Sequence record: DRR378314_658
Strand: one strand, 5' to 3'
Length of the DNA stretch: 36,623 nt
The position numbers and the translations under genes are program-made. This document shows, piece by piece, positions 26,083 to 36,558 of this stretch (within the stretch, counting starts at the first letter, position 1; every line of letters begins with the position of its first letter). The notes beneath the pieces are model-generated. The model ran no database searches and had not been told where the DNA came from. It saw only the letters and a program-made list of their open reading frames with translations.

Positions 26083-27141
26083 ATGACACAACCAATGGTC
26101 CGCCTGTCCGGGCTCTATAAAATCTTTGGCGCCCGCGACAAGGACGTGTTGCAGCATGCCAAAGGAGGCATGGGCAAGGAAGAATTGCTGGCGCAGCACG
26201 GGCACGTGTTGGGGCTCAACAACATCAACGTCGATATGCAGGCGGGGGAAATCACAGTGGTCATGGGCCTGTCCGGCTCTGGGAAATCTACTCTGATCCG
26301 CCACCTGAACCGGTTGATCGAACCCACTGCGGGCGAGATCATCGTGCAGGGTGAGGACGTGATGCAACTGTCCGAGGACGGGTTGCGCCATGCTCGACAG
26401 GAAAAGATGTCGATGGTGTTCCAGAAGTTCGCGCTTTTGCCGCACAAAACCGTGCTGAAGAACGCAGGCATGCCGCTCTTGGTGCGCGGCGAGGACGAGG
26501 CGACTTGCGACCGTGAAGCCGCCAAGTGGCTGGATCGCGTGGGTCTGAGCGGGTTCGAGAACCATTATCCAGCGCAATTGTCCGGTGGGATGCAACAGCG
26601 TGTGGGCATTGCCCGGGCGCTGACCGCGAACACACCGATCATGCTGATGGACGAGGCTTTCTCGGCTCTTGACCCACTGATCCGAACAGACATGCAGGAC
26701 CTGCTGCTCGAGCTGCAAAAAGAGCTGCACAAGACCATCATCTTCATCACTCACGATCTAGATGAGGCGTTGAAGCTGGCCGATCACCTTGTGATCCTTA
26801 AAGACGGCTTTGTCGTGCAGCAGGGCGAGCCGCAGCATATTCTGTTGAACCCCAACGATCCTTACATCGAAGACTTCGTGAGCGACATCAACCGAGCACG
26901 GGTTCTGCGGGTCCGCTCGATCATGACCCCGCTGGACGGTGGCCAAGTGCCAGAAGATGCCCATGGCGAAGTGGACGTGAACGACACGCTCGAAAGCATG
27001 ATCGCGCGGTCCGGCGGGGATACGTCACACGCCTATGTTGTCAAGGATGGGGAGAAGACAGTCGGCTCACTGGATATGACTGAACTGGTTCGCGCACTCG
27101 TCCCTCGCGTCGCATCCGAAGCAGGCGCACGTCAGTCCTGA
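26083..27141 (+). CDS. proV: ProV-type ABC ATPase
   Basis: MGLSGSGKST, LNRLIEPT, LSGGMQQRVG, LMDEAFSALDPLIR, FITHDLDEA. Confidence 0.94.
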   Translation: MTQPMVRLSGLYKIFGARDKDVLQHAKGGMGKEELLAQHGHVLGLNNINVDMQAGEITVVMGLSGSGKSTLIRHLNRLIEPTAGEIIVQGEDVMQLSEDGLRHARQEKMSMVFQKFALLPHKTVLKNAGMPLLVRGEDEATCDREAAKWLDRVGLSGFENHYPAQLSGGMQQRVGIARALTANTPIMLMDEAFSALDPLIRTDMQDLLLELQKELHKTIIFITHDLDEALKLADHLVILKDGFVVQQGEPQHILLNPNDPYIEDFVSDINRARVLRVRSIMTPLDGGQVPEDAHGEVDVNDTLESMIARSGGDTSHAYVVKDGEKTVGSLDMTELVRALVPRVASEAGARQS

Positions 27142-27174
27142 CGCGCGCTGACGACAAAGCTGGAATTCATCAGA

Positions 27175-28098
27175 TCAGGCCCGAAATAGCCGCATGGTTG
27201 GGTCGGCTTCGATCTGTTCGAACAGCCAGTCAACAAACGTATCGAGCTTTGGGTTGGGTGCACGTTCTTTTTGCGTCGCCAGATACCAGCTGCCTGGCTC
27301 GGGCACCGAAATATCAAACGGTTTGACCAGGCGCTCCCTTTCAAGGTCACGCGTGCAAAACGGTGCTCTTGCGACGCTGATACCGTGATTTTTTAGAACA
27401 GCTTCACGGACCAGCGGGTAATTGTCGAAAACAGAGCCAAATTTCATCGTTTCGCGATCTAAGCCCGCCGCATCCAACCAGCAGTCCCAGTCATCCGGCT
27501 CATTCCATGTGTTTGGGACACTCAGCAACAGGAAATTTCTTAGCTCTTCCAGCGGCATTCCACCGCTTGCGGTTTTCAAGGCCTCCGGAGCACATACCGG
27601 GTAGATATCCGTTTCGAACAAGGGGCTATAGTCAAACCGTTTGTCAAATGGTGGCGCGTTGAACACGCCCACATCGAACCGGTGCATGTCATAATCACCG
27701 TCTTCAAAAGTAGAGACGATGCGCACGCGTGTGTCCGGATTATCCTGAAGAAAGTCTGCCAATCTGGGCTGTAACCACATTGTATTGAAACTTGCGTAGG
27801 ACTGAACGAGCAACACGTCCGGTTCCTCAGGTGTCTGGATGCGCCGAGTGGCTTTGATGATTCCCTGAATGTGTTCGCGTATTGGCGGGTAATATTGCTC
27901 GCCAGCCGGTGTTAGCTCGACCGAACGGCTTGTGCGTTCCAGTAGTTTAACACCGATTGTTGTTTCTAATGCTTTGACCTGGTGGCTGACTGCCGCATGC
28001 GTCACACAAATCTCGTCAGCGGCCTTTCGGAAACTCTTGTGACGCGCCACCGCCTCAAAAGCGCGCAGTGAAACCAGCGTGGGCATGTGAGTGGTCAT
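27175..28098 (-). CDS. GcvA-like LysR-family regulator
   Basis: PTLVSLRAFEAVARHKSFRKAADEICVTHAAVSHQVK, WLQPRL, LVKPF. Confidence 0.92.
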   Translation of the reverse strand: MTTHMPTLVSLRAFEAVARHKSFRKAADEICVTHAAVSHQVKALETTIGVKLLERTSRSVELTPAGEQYYPPIREHIQGIIKATRRIQTPEEPDVLLVQSYASFNTMWLQPRLADFLQDNPDTRVRIVSTFEDGDYDMHRFDVGVFNAPPFDKRFDYSPLFETDIYPVCAPEALKTASGGMPLEELRNFLLLSVPNTWNEPDDWDCWLDAAGLDRETMKFGSVFDNYPLVREAVLKNHGISVARAPFCTRDLERERLVKPFDISVPEPGSWYLATQKERAPNPKLDTFVDWLFEQIEADPTMRLFRA

Positions 28099-28314
28099 TG
28101 CTGCATCTCCTCGATGAAATCAATTCTGCTTACCCTCAAGCAGAGTTATCCGACGACGGGCGCGAACATAGCAGGGTATTGATACTCTTTTTCATAACCT
28201 GTCAGGGGGTAGCACGCAATTCGCGGTGCGATGTGATCGGTTAGAATTTCTTGATGAAAGGAAATTTCTTTCAATTCTTCCACGGGGTGAGAAATGCCAG
28301 ATTAGCAGATAGAG

Positions 28315-29940
28315 ATGTTATGGGATTCCACCTTCATGCCACCACTTTCACCCTCGCCAAATGCATATGGCTATCCGTTGCTGATTAAACACTTGCTGGC
28401 CGGATCCCAGCTCGCGTCAGCCAGCCAAGAGATCGTCAGCGGCACCGAAATGCGGTTGAGCTATGCGGACTTGGGCAAACGCGTGCGCCAACTTGCCAAT
28501 TCTTTAAAGGCGAGCGGGATACATGAGGGTATGCGCGTTGGTGTCATGGATTGGGATACGCACCGTTATCTTGAGTGTTTTTTCGCGATCCCGATGATGG
28601 GCGGGTCCCTTTTCACGATCAACGTGCGTCTGTCTCCTGCTCAGGTCCTTTATACGATCAACCATGGACAACCGGATCTGATCATCGTGCACCGCGATTT
28701 CATGCCGCTCATTGAGGGTATCAAATCGGGCTTTGATCGGGACATCACCATCGTGCCGATTGGAGACGGAGAAGGATATGAAGAGTGGATAGGCAAAGCC
28801 CCAGGCAGCTTTGACTTCCCGGACTTCGATGAAAACCAAACGGCAACCTTGTTTTATACAACCGGGACCACCGGCAATCCCAAGGGGGTGAGCTATTCAC
28901 ATCGGCAGTTGGTCCTTCACACATTGAGCTTGATCGCAGGTTTCGGCGCATGGCCCGGGAATGCCGGATTTCATCGCGGCGACGTCTACATGCCGCTGAC
29001 GCCCTTGTTTCACGTCCACGGCTGGGGATTTCCATATGCCGCAACGATGCTGGGGCTGCGTCAGGTCTATCCCGGTCGATATGACCCTGACACAATCTTG
29101 CGATTGATTGCAGACGAAAACGTCACCTTTTCACACTGCGTGCCCACGGTTCTGTCAATGGTGCTCGACCATCCGGGCTGCCCACAAATTGACCTGGACA
29201 GATGGAAAGTGATCATTGGCGGGGCCGCTTTGCCGCGAGGCCTGCAGGACCGCGCCGCGGCGGCAGGCATATCCTTACATGCGGCCTATGGGATGTCCGA
29301 AACCTGTCCGTTTCTGACGGTGGCCGATTTGTCCAGCAATGACCCCGAGATGCAGGCGCAAACCGGCTTTCCCGGCCCTCTTGTCGACCTTCGTGTTGTG
29401 ACACCGGATATGCAGGACGTCCCACATGACGGCGAAACAACCGGCGAAGTTGTTGCTCGGGCTCCCTGGTTGACACAAGGCTATCTGGATAATGCGCAAG
29501 CCTCGGATGAGCTTTGGGACGGTGGGTATCTGCATACCGGGGATGTTGGGTATATCCGCGAGAATGGATCGTTGCAGATTACTGACCGCCTCAAGGATGT
29601 GATTAAGACCGGCGGCGAATGGATATCCTCACTGGCACTGGAAAACATAGCATCGTCTTGCAGCGGCGTTGAGGACGTCGCAGCAATCGGGCTGCCGCAC
29701 GCGAAATGGGGCGAAAGGCCAGTGTTGGTCGCTCAAGCCGCAAAGGATGCCGACCCGGATCTTGTGCGCTTGAGAGTCATGGAAGAAATCCAGTCGTGGG
29801 TTGACGCAGGCGAGATCTCAAAATGGGCAGTTCCAGACGAATTAATCTTTGTCGACCGCCTACCTAAAACCAGCGTCGGCAAGCTCGACAAGAAACTCGT
29901 GCGGCAAGATATTTCAACGCGCTCGGACCTAAAATCATGA
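28315..29940 (+). CDS. Medium-chain acyl-CoA ligase (AlkK/DmdB-related)
   Basis: YTTGTTGNPKG, PLFHVHGWG, AYGMSETCP, LHTGD, DRLKDVIKTGGEWISS, KTSVGK; start may be 28336. Confidence 0.92.
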   Translation: MLWDSTFMPPLSPSPNAYGYPLLIKHLLAGSQLASASQEIVSGTEMRLSYADLGKRVRQLANSLKASGIHEGMRVGVMDWDTHRYLECFFAIPMMGGSLFTINVRLSPAQVLYTINHGQPDLIIVHRDFMPLIEGIKSGFDRDITIVPIGDGEGYEEWIGKAPGSFDFPDFDENQTATLFYTTGTTGNPKGVSYSHRQLVLHTLSLIAGFGAWPGNAGFHRGDVYMPLTPLFHVHGWGFPYAATMLGLRQVYPGRYDPDTILRLIADENVTFSHCVPTVLSMVLDHPGCPQIDLDRWKVIIGGAALPRGLQDRAAAAGISLHAAYGMSETCPFLTVADLSSNDPEMQAQTGFPGPLVDLRVVTPDMQDVPHDGETTGEVVARAPWLTQGYLDNAQASDELWDGGYLHTGDVGYIRENGSLQITDRLKDVIKTGGEWISSLALENIASSCSGVEDVAAIGLPHAKWGERPVLVAQAAKDADPDLVRLRVMEEIQSWVDAGEISKWAVPDELIFVDRLPKTSVGKLDKKLVRQDISTRSDLKS

Positions 29941-30623
29941 CAGACAAACAACGTCGTATTCAGGCGCTTATTCAATCGATTGTCACCTATCTGCAGGCTC
30001 ACAGAGCTGCCACGCGCGGCGTTGATCTGACGTTGGACAAGCTGGCAGCCATGGATCTGTCCGATGAGAAGCTCATTGACTTACCTCCCCAAGGAACCCG
30101 GCATGATGAGGTTCTGAAGAACGCTGTCGCCGGGATTGCAGCCCCGGAATTGCAGGAAATCGCAGGCTGTCTGAAAGCGGCCAAGGATGATCTGATCTGG
30201 CGCGAAGACAACGCCCAATTCTATCCCCCCGGTGCCGATTTGGGAGAGGGATACACAAGGTGCAACCTGCATACTCTGCTGATCGGGCCGGATGCATGTG
30301 GATATCACCATCTCGATTTCAACCTTGGCATTTTCATGCTGGGACCAAGGACGCTGTATCGCGACCACAACCACGACGCGCCAGAACTGTACCTGAACCT
30401 TTCCGAGAAATCTGGTTGGCGGTTTGGCACCCGTGACTGGCAGGATTATCCGGCTGGATCACTTATCTGGAACGCGGCGGGCGATCCCCACGCCACCCGG
30501 GTCTATGACCAGCCATTCATCTCCGTCTTTGTCTGGCTCGAGAACGTGAATTCACCCTGCAATGTAATCCACTTCGACGATTGGGCAGAGATCGAACAAG
30601 ATCTTGCCAAACAGTCCAATTGA
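29937..30623 (+). CDS. Cupin of the DMSP-lyase (DddQ/DddL-like) family
   Basis: GIFMLGP-TLYRDHNHDAPELYLNLS (Y-x2-H-x-H-x3-E-x-Y) and HATRV-x2-PFISVFVW; ATGA overlap with the ligase. Confidence 0.75.
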   Translation: MTDKQRRIQALIQSIVTYLQAHRAATRGVDLTLDKLAAMDLSDEKLIDLPPQGTRHDEVLKNAVAGIAAPELQEIAGCLKAAKDDLIWREDNAQFYPPGADLGEGYTRCNLHTLLIGPDACGYHHLDFNLGIFMLGPRTLYRDHNHDAPELYLNLSEKSGWRFGTRDWQDYPAGSLIWNAAGDPHATRVYDQPFISVFVWLENVNSPCNVIHFDDWAEIEQDLAKQSN

Positions 30624-30634
30624 GGTTTCCAAAC

Positions 30635-32755
30635 ATGATTTCCATTAAACATACCGAGGGTGTCGCTTTCATTGAGCTGAATACCCCGCCAGTGAACGCT
30701 CTTGGTCTCAAGATGCGACTGGCGCTTTCCTCGGCCATCCACGAGTTGGACGCCGATGAACAGGTCAAAGCCATCGTTCTATGTTCGGCTCTGCCGCTCT
30801 TTTGCGGCGGCGCTGACATCGTCGAGTTCCGTACCGGGGCAGTTTGGGACAAGCCGGACTTGCCAGACCTGTGTGAAACGATTGAAACCAGCAAGAAACC
30901 CATTATCGTCGCGATAGCAGGTCCCGCGATGGGTGGTGCGCTGGAGATCGCGCTTGCCTGTGATTACCGTGTCGCCACGCCGGATGCCGTGATGGGCCTA
31001 CCTGAGATCAAACTGGGGCTGCTGCCTGGTGCCGGAGGCACCCAGCGACTACCCCGGATTGCCGGGCTGGAAGCGGCAACGCAAATGATCCTCTCGGGTG
31101 ATCCCGTGAAAGGCGAATATGCCCTGTCTTGTGGGCTGGTCGACGCACTATTTGAGAACGACCAGGATTTTCGCGCGCATGTTTTGGGTTTCGCCACCCG
31201 TGTCAGCCATGAGGGCGATCCGAAACGCGGTTGCATGGATATGACCGTCACACACCCTGATCCGAAGGGATATCTGACGGGTTTCCGAGACCAGATAGCG
31301 CACACGTCCAAAAACCTTGTCGCCCCTGAACGCTGCTTGGTATCCATCGAGGCCGCGTGCGAATTGCCGCTGGCCGAGGGGTTGGCACAAGAGAAGGCAG
31401 GTTTCGCTGAACTGCTCGACACACCTCAATCGCGCGCGGGGCGGCATCTGTTCTTCGCAGAGCGTGAATGCACCAAGGTTCCCGGCGTTACCCGTGCTGA
31501 CCAACCACGTAGCATTTCATCGGTCGCCGTGATCGGTGCCGGAACGATGGGGCGCGGCATTGCCATCGCCTTTCTGCAGGCGGGATATCCGGTCACGCTT
31601 CTGGAAACCACACAAACTGCGCTGGAACAGGGGCTGGAAAAGGTCCGGGAGCATTTCCAGCGTGCGGCTCAAAAAGGGCGGCTCAGTGCCGATCGGGCAG
31701 AGGCAATCGCCGCCAACGCCACCGGGACGCTCAGCTATGCAGACCTTGCGAAGGCTGACCTGATCATTGAAGCGGCGTTTGAAAGCATGAATGTCAAACA
31801 CCAAATTTTCGCGAGCCTAGACCAGCACGCCAAACCTGGCGCGATACTGGCCTCAAACACATCGACATTGGATCTTGATGAAATCGCCGCGGTCACGTCC
31901 CGCCCGGAGGATGTGATTGGTCTCCATTTCTTCAGCCCGGCCAATGTCATGCGCTTGCTGGAGGTGGTGCGCGGCGCCAAGACCGCTCCCGATGTCATTG
32001 CAACGGCAATCACGGTCGCAAAGAAGATCCGGAAGCTCCCTGTCACGGTTGGCGTGTGCTACGGCTTTGTTGGAAACCGGATGCTGGAACCATACTTCCG
32101 CGAAGGATCTCGTCTGCTTCTTGAGGGGGTGACGCCGAAACAGGTGGATGACGTCCTTGAAGGCTTCGGCATGGCCATGGGCATTCATGCGATGGCAGAT
32201 CTGGCCGGAGTCGATGTGGGCGCACGCGTGCGTCAGGAACGGCGTAGTGAAATCGCGCATGACCCGACATACCAGGCTGTGCAGGACAGGTTGTTTGAAC
32301 TGGGCCGACTGGGTCAGAAAACCGGGCGTGGAAGCTATGTCTACGAGGGACGGACACGGGTCGAAGACCCTGAGATAGTTCAAATCAGTTCCGATCTGGC
32401 GGACCTGCATGGTGTGAAGCGCAGGGACATCGACGATCAGGAAATCCTTGAACGGTGTCTGTTTCCCCTGATCAACGAGGGCTTCTTGATCCTTGAAGAG
32501 GGCATTGCAACGCGCCCGGGTGATTGCGACCTGATCTGGACCAACGGCTATGGCTTTCCGAACTGGCGCGGCGGCCCAATGCACTATGCCGACGAGTTTG
32601 GATTAAGCCAGATTCTGGAACGCATGAACCACTATCGGCAGTCGCTTGGTGCCTATGGTGAGATGTGGTTCACGCCTGCGCCTTTGCTGGAAGAACTCGC
32701 AACCTCGTGCGTAACACTTGCCGCGCATTTTGATGCCAAAAAGGAAAAATCATGA
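30635..32755 (+). CDS. Bifunctional enoyl-CoA hydratase / 3-hydroxyacyl-CoA dehydrogenase
   Basis: [65 protein letters not shown]. Confidence 0.95.
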   Translation: MISIKHTEGVAFIELNTPPVNALGLKMRLALSSAIHELDADEQVKAIVLCSALPLFCGGADIVEFRTGAVWDKPDLPDLCETIETSKKPIIVAIAGPAMGGALEIALACDYRVATPDAVMGLPEIKLGLLPGAGGTQRLPRIAGLEAATQMILSGDPVKGEYALSCGLVDALFENDQDFRAHVLGFATRVSHEGDPKRGCMDMTVTHPDPKGYLTGFRDQIAHTSKNLVAPERCLVSIEAACELPLAEGLAQEKAGFAELLDTPQSRAGRHLFFAERECTKVPGVTRADQPRSISSVAVIGAGTMGRGIAIAFLQAGYPVTLLETTQTALEQGLEKVREHFQRAAQKGRLSADRAEAIAANATGTLSYADLAKADLIIEAAFESMNVKHQIFASLDQHAKPGAILASNTSTLDLDEIAAVTSRPEDVIGLHFFSPANVMRLLEVVRGAKTAPDVIATAITVAKKIRKLPVTVGVCYGFVGNRMLEPYFREGSRLLLEGVTPKQVDDVLEGFGMAMGIHAMADLAGVDVGARVRQERRSEIAHDPTYQAVQDRLFELGRLGQKTGRGSYVYEGRTRVEDPEIVQISSDLADLHGVKRRDIDDQEILERCLFPLINEGFLILEEGIATRPGDCDLIWTNGYGFPNWRGGPMHYADEFGLSQILERMNHYRQSLGAYGEMWFTPAPLLEELATSCVTLAAHFDAKKEKS

Positions 32756-33936
32756 GAGCAGCCGTTGTCGTCTCAACCGCACGAACCCCTATTGGGGCTG
32801 CCTTCAAAGGTGCGCTGAACAACATCAAATCCCCTACCATGATGGGGCACGCCATTCAACACGCTGTTGAACGTGCAGGCGTGGACCCCGGTTCGATCGA
32901 AGATGTCGTCATCGGATCGGTCCTTACGGCGGGAACCGCAGGCATGAATGTCGCGCGTTTGTCGGCGCTGGCGGCGGGCCTTCCCAATACGGTGGCAGGA
33001 CAGACGATCGACAGGCAATGTTCATCGGGATTGATGGCCATTGCGACGGCCGCAAAGCAGGTCATTGTGGATGGTCAGAATGTCTCGGTGGCAGGCGGGC
33101 AGGAAAATATTTCCATCCTGCAGAATGCCTATCTGAAATGGGCGGGCGATGAGAAAGATCCAAACGTTATCGCCCAATCTGAACATGCCTATATGCCGAT
33201 GCTGATGACGGCGGAAAATGTGGCGCAGGTATATGGGATCAGTCGTGACGCCCAGGATGAATACGCTGCACTTTCCCAAGGTCGGACGGCCCGGGCTCAG
33301 GCCGTTGGCGCCTTTGATGACGAGATCGTTCCGATCACTGCGATAAAGCGGGTCAAAAACCGCGAAACCGGAGAGGAAACCCTGGACGAGGTGACCTTGT
33401 CAAAAGACGAAGGCAACCGGCCGGGCACGACGGCCGAAACTCTCGGGGCATTGAACCCAGTTGTCGAAGGAGGCGTGATTACTGCCGGAAACGCAAGCCA
33501 ACTCTCTGACGGTGCCTCGGCTTGTGTGCTCATGGAAGGCAAAGTGGCTGAGCAGCAGGGCCTCACACCGCTAGGTATCTATCGCGGCATGGCTGTTGCA
33601 GGAAACGCACCGGAAGAGATGGGGGTCGGCCCGATCTTTGCAATTCCAAAGCTGCTGAAGAATGCAGGTCTTCGCATCGAAGACATCGGCCTTTGGGAGC
33701 TTAACGAAGCCTTTGCCTGCCAGGTTCTGTATTGCCGTGACCATCTTGGGATCGATCCCGAAATCTACAACGTGAACGGCGGTGCAATATCGATTGGCCA
33801 CCCCTACGGCATGACAGGTGCGAGACAAGTCGGGCATGCTCTGATTGAGGGGAGGCGTCGTGGCGTGAAATACGTGGTGACCTCCATGTGTGTCGGCGGA
33901 GGCATGGGCGCCGCAGCACTGTTCGAAGTCGCCTGA
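32752..33936 (+). CDS. Acetyl-CoA C-acyltransferase (thiolase)
   Basis: RQCSSG, TAGNASQLSDG, ELNEAF, GHPYGMTG, MCVGGGMG. Confidence 0.95.
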   Translation: MRAAVVVSTARTPIGAAFKGALNNIKSPTMMGHAIQHAVERAGVDPGSIEDVVIGSVLTAGTAGMNVARLSALAAGLPNTVAGQTIDRQCSSGLMAIATAAKQVIVDGQNVSVAGGQENISILQNAYLKWAGDEKDPNVIAQSEHAYMPMLMTAENVAQVYGISRDAQDEYAALSQGRTARAQAVGAFDDEIVPITAIKRVKNRETGEETLDEVTLSKDEGNRPGTTAETLGALNPVVEGGVITAGNASQLSDGASACVLMEGKVAEQQGLTPLGIYRGMAVAGNAPEEMGVGPIFAIPKLLKNAGLRIEDIGLWELNEAFACQVLYCRDHLGIDPEIYNVNGGAISIGHPYGMTGARQVGHALIEGRRRGVKYVVTSMCVGGGMGAAALFEVA

Positions 33937-34064
33937 CCCCACTGAAATTAGTTCAAGCAGAGCGTTATCTGGTTGAGACATTGACATTCTGTCATCTGCG
34001 AGGGTCGCCATCTGCAAGCCTGCGTTTCATGTCGACCGGAATTGGTGATACCTCCTGAGGCGTT

Positions 34065-35156
34065 ATGACCAATGTCGCGCCAACGATCCTTTCCACGGTT
34101 TCCAGCCAGTTTGTCGATGACTGGCTGGCGGCGCTGCGTGCCCTGTGCCCAGAGGCGCAGATGGCTTCGCTGCTGAGCCGGTCCGGTCTGAACGCGGATA
34201 CGCGCTCGCCGAATGGTCGCGTCACGCTGGATCAGATCGTTTGCCTCTATCAACTTGCTGCAGTTGAGACCGGCGATGAGATGATGGGGCTTTGGAGCAG
34301 GCCCGTGCGACCGCGTGCCCTGCAACACCTTCTGACGACAGTGCGCGAAGCCACATCCTTGCCATCTGCACTTTACCGGTTTTCGACCTTCTGGAATTTG
34401 CTGCTGGATGACTATCAGTTTGATCTGGATGACACTGACAGCGCCCTCACACTGAGCCTGAACCCGCAAACAGATGCGCCTGTGCAACGGTTTGGCCACA
34501 TGCTGATCCTCAAACTTGCCCACGGGCTCATGTCTTGGCTGGCAGGGCATGAGGTTCCGGTTAAAGCCGTTGATTTCGCGTTTGATCGCCCGGACTTTGA
34601 TCAGGATTACGCGATCATCTTTCCTGCATCGCTGCGGTTTGGCCAGCCCGCCACCGCAATCTCGTTCGATCCGAATGCACTGGGTCCCGTGCAGACGCGC
34701 AGCACCGCTGACCTTGACCGGTTTTTGCAAAACGCGCCGCGGGACTGGATTTTCACCTCGTCGCGTGAACACACCCAATCGCTGCGCGTGCGCACCTATC
34801 TGGGCCAAGCGGGATGGGACGCGGCCACCCTGACCCAGACAGCATCCGCAATGCACATGACCCCGCGCACCCTGATCCGCAGGTTGCAGGCGGATGGCAC
34901 GTCGTTTCAGGCCATAAAAGACGCCCTGCGCCGCGACACCGCGATCCGCGACCTGCAGGCGGGGCGCAAAAGCGTTGAGGCAATTGCGCAGGATGTGGGC
35001 TTTTCCTCGGCTGCCAACTTTCATCGGGCCTTTCAGCGTTGGACCGGCAGCAGGCCAAGCTCCTACCGCAGGAAAAAACGTAAGGCGCCGTTTTTGTCAC
35101 TTTTGGACAATGATCTGTCAGCGCAAGAGATAGAGCTTAGCAAGCCCGATCGCTAA
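34065..35156 (+). CDS. AraC-family regulator with an N-terminal ligand-binding domain
   Basis: MTPRTLIRRLQADGTSF, IAQDVGFSSAANFHRAFQRWTG-P-YR. Confidence 0.92.
   Translation: MTNVAPTILSTVSSQFVDDWLAALRALCPEAQMASLLSRSGLNADTRSPNGRVTLDQIVCLYQLAAVETGDEMMGLWSRPVRPRALQHLLTTVREATSLPSALYRFSTFWNLLLDDYQFDLDDTDSALTLSLNPQTDAPVQRFGHMLILKLAHGLMSWLAGHEVPVKAVDFAFDRPDFDQDYAIIFPASLRFGQPATAISFDPNALGPVQTRSTADLDRFLQNAPRDWIFTSSREHTQSLRVRTYLGQAGWDAATLTQTASAMHMTPRTLIRRLQADGTSFQAIKDALRRDTAIRDLQAGRKSVEAIAQDVGFSSAANFHRAFQRWTGSRPSSYRRKKRKAPFLSLLDNDLSAQEIELSKPDR
35094..35120. promoter_or_regulatory. Candidate AraC operator upstream of the acyl-CoA dehydrogenase
   Basis: TTGTC-ACTTTTG-GACAA palindrome; TGTCA repeated at 21-bp spacing (35095, 35116). 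Confidence 0.4.
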
Positions 35157-35277
35157 ATCTTGTTGCAACAAAGCATTCTTATCTAAATTTTCGCCTTTAC
35201 AGCCCATCAATCCGGCCATCCGTGGCTGCGGGGTTATGGCGTCATATGAGAATGATCGCCCCTGAAAGGACCGACCA

Positions 35278-36456
35278 ATGTCAGACAAACTCGCCACCAT
35301 ACTCCAAGCCGCACGCGACCACGCCGAGCAGGTCATCCTGCCCAATGTGGACGCCTGGAACGCCGCAAAGAAGTGGCCCCGTGATGCGTCTGACAAGGCC
35401 GGGGCCGCTGGCCTGACGGGGCTCTACGCCCCCGAGGAGTTTGGTGGTCAGGGCTTGCCACTGGCAGAGGGCATTCAGGTCTATGAACAACTGGGGTTGG
35501 GCGATGGTGCCTATGCCTTTGCCCTGTCGATGCATAACATCTGCACCTTCGCGGGCTGCGGTTATGGCACGGATGCGTTCAAGGAAAAATGGGCGCGGGA
35601 TCTGACTTCGGGGCGCAAACTGGCGAACTTTGCACTGACTGAACCGCAATCCGGCTCGGATGCCACAAACATGTATTCGCGCGCCCAGATCAATGATGAC
35701 GGCACTTGGACGATCAGCGGTGCGAAGGCATGGGTCAGCTTGGCCGGTGAGGCTGATGTCTATTTCACCGTGGTCAAAACCAGTGACGCACCCGGCCACA
35801 AGGATATGGCGATGATCGCCATTCCCGCCGACGCGCCGGGCCTCAGCTTTGGACCGCTCTATGATACCCCGTCCTACAGCTTCTTGCCTCTGGCCGAGAT
35901 GTACATGGACAAGGTGGTGGTGAGCGAAGACAACATCATCCTGCCGATCGGTCAGGGCTTGCAAGGCTCGCTCATGGCGATCGATATCGCCCGTGTGTCG
36001 ATTGCGTCAGGATGCTGTGGATTGATGCAAGCCGCATTGGATACGGCTCTGTCCTATTCCAAGAACCGCAAGATGTTTGGCGGCAAGAACCTCGATCTGG
36101 ACGGAATCCAGTGGATGCTGGGTGAGGTTGCGACCGATCTTGAAGCCTCCAAGCTGCTTTATCGAAAGGCGGCAGAATCCCTTGGCACACCCGAAGGCCC
36201 TCTGATGGCCGCTCATGCCAAACGGTTTGTGCCAGATGCCGCAGTGAAGGTTGCGAACACCTGTACGCAAGTGTTGGGCGGTATGGGTCTGCTGCAGCCT
36301 TATGGTCTGGATCGTTTGTCCCGCCTCGCACAAATGCTGCGGATTGTGGACGGGACAACCGAAATCAGCCGTGTAGTTATCGGGCGGGCCCTGCAAAAAC
36401 GAGCGGCAACCTTGCCTGATTTGCCAGTACCGAAAGGATTTGGTGAAACCGGCTGA
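35278..36456 (+). CDS. Acyl-CoA dehydrogenase family protein (Asp at the catalytic-base position)
   Basis: [47 protein letters not shown]. Confidence 0.92.
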   Translation: MSDKLATILQAARDHAEQVILPNVDAWNAAKKWPRDASDKAGAAGLTGLYAPEEFGGQGLPLAEGIQVYEQLGLGDGAYAFALSMHNICTFAGCGYGTDAFKEKWARDLTSGRKLANFALTEPQSGSDATNMYSRAQINDDGTWTISGAKAWVSLAGEADVYFTVVKTSDAPGHKDMAMIAIPADAPGLSFGPLYDTPSYSFLPLAEMYMDKVVVSEDNIILPIGQGLQGSLMAIDIARVSIASGCCGLMQAALDTALSYSKNRKMFGGKNLDLDGIQWMLGEVATDLEASKLLYRKAAESLGTPEGPLMAAHAKRFVPDAAVKVANTCTQVLGGMGLLQPYGLDRLSRLAQMLRIVDGTTEISRVVIGRALQKRAATLPDLPVPKGFGETG

Positions 36457-36524
36457 ACGTTCCACCCCCCGGTGAAGCGGAACCAACCTGAAAATCTCCT
36501 CACAGATCGGTAAAATCGAAAGAT

Positions 36525-36544
36525 CGGCCGCACACGTGCGGCCG
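36525..36544. other. Palindrome / hairpin downstream of the last gene
   Basis: CGGCCGCAC-AC-GTGCGGCCG. Confidence 0.4.
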
Positions 36545-36558
36545 GTTACTCGAGATTG

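Noticed and set aside
24003-27141. TMAO transporter TmoXWV
   Set aside because: The binding protein does not resemble TmoX as I recall it, and no TMAO catabolic genes are nearby
28315-30623. Assigning dmdB and dddQ/dddL gene names
   Set aside because: Family-level similarity only; orthology needs phylogeny and assays
33948-35024. Long antisense ORFs (for example 33948-35024, 5185-5928, 6834-7568, 31853-32584)
   Set aside because: They shadow well-supported genes on the opposite strand, have no recognisable motifs, and are expected in GC-rich coding DNA
7878-36456. A window-wide AHL mineralisation pathway (lactonase, cyclase-family amidase, beta-oxidation)
   Set aside because: The genes sit in separate modules with separate regulators and the cyclase gene is interrupted; nothing in the sequence links them
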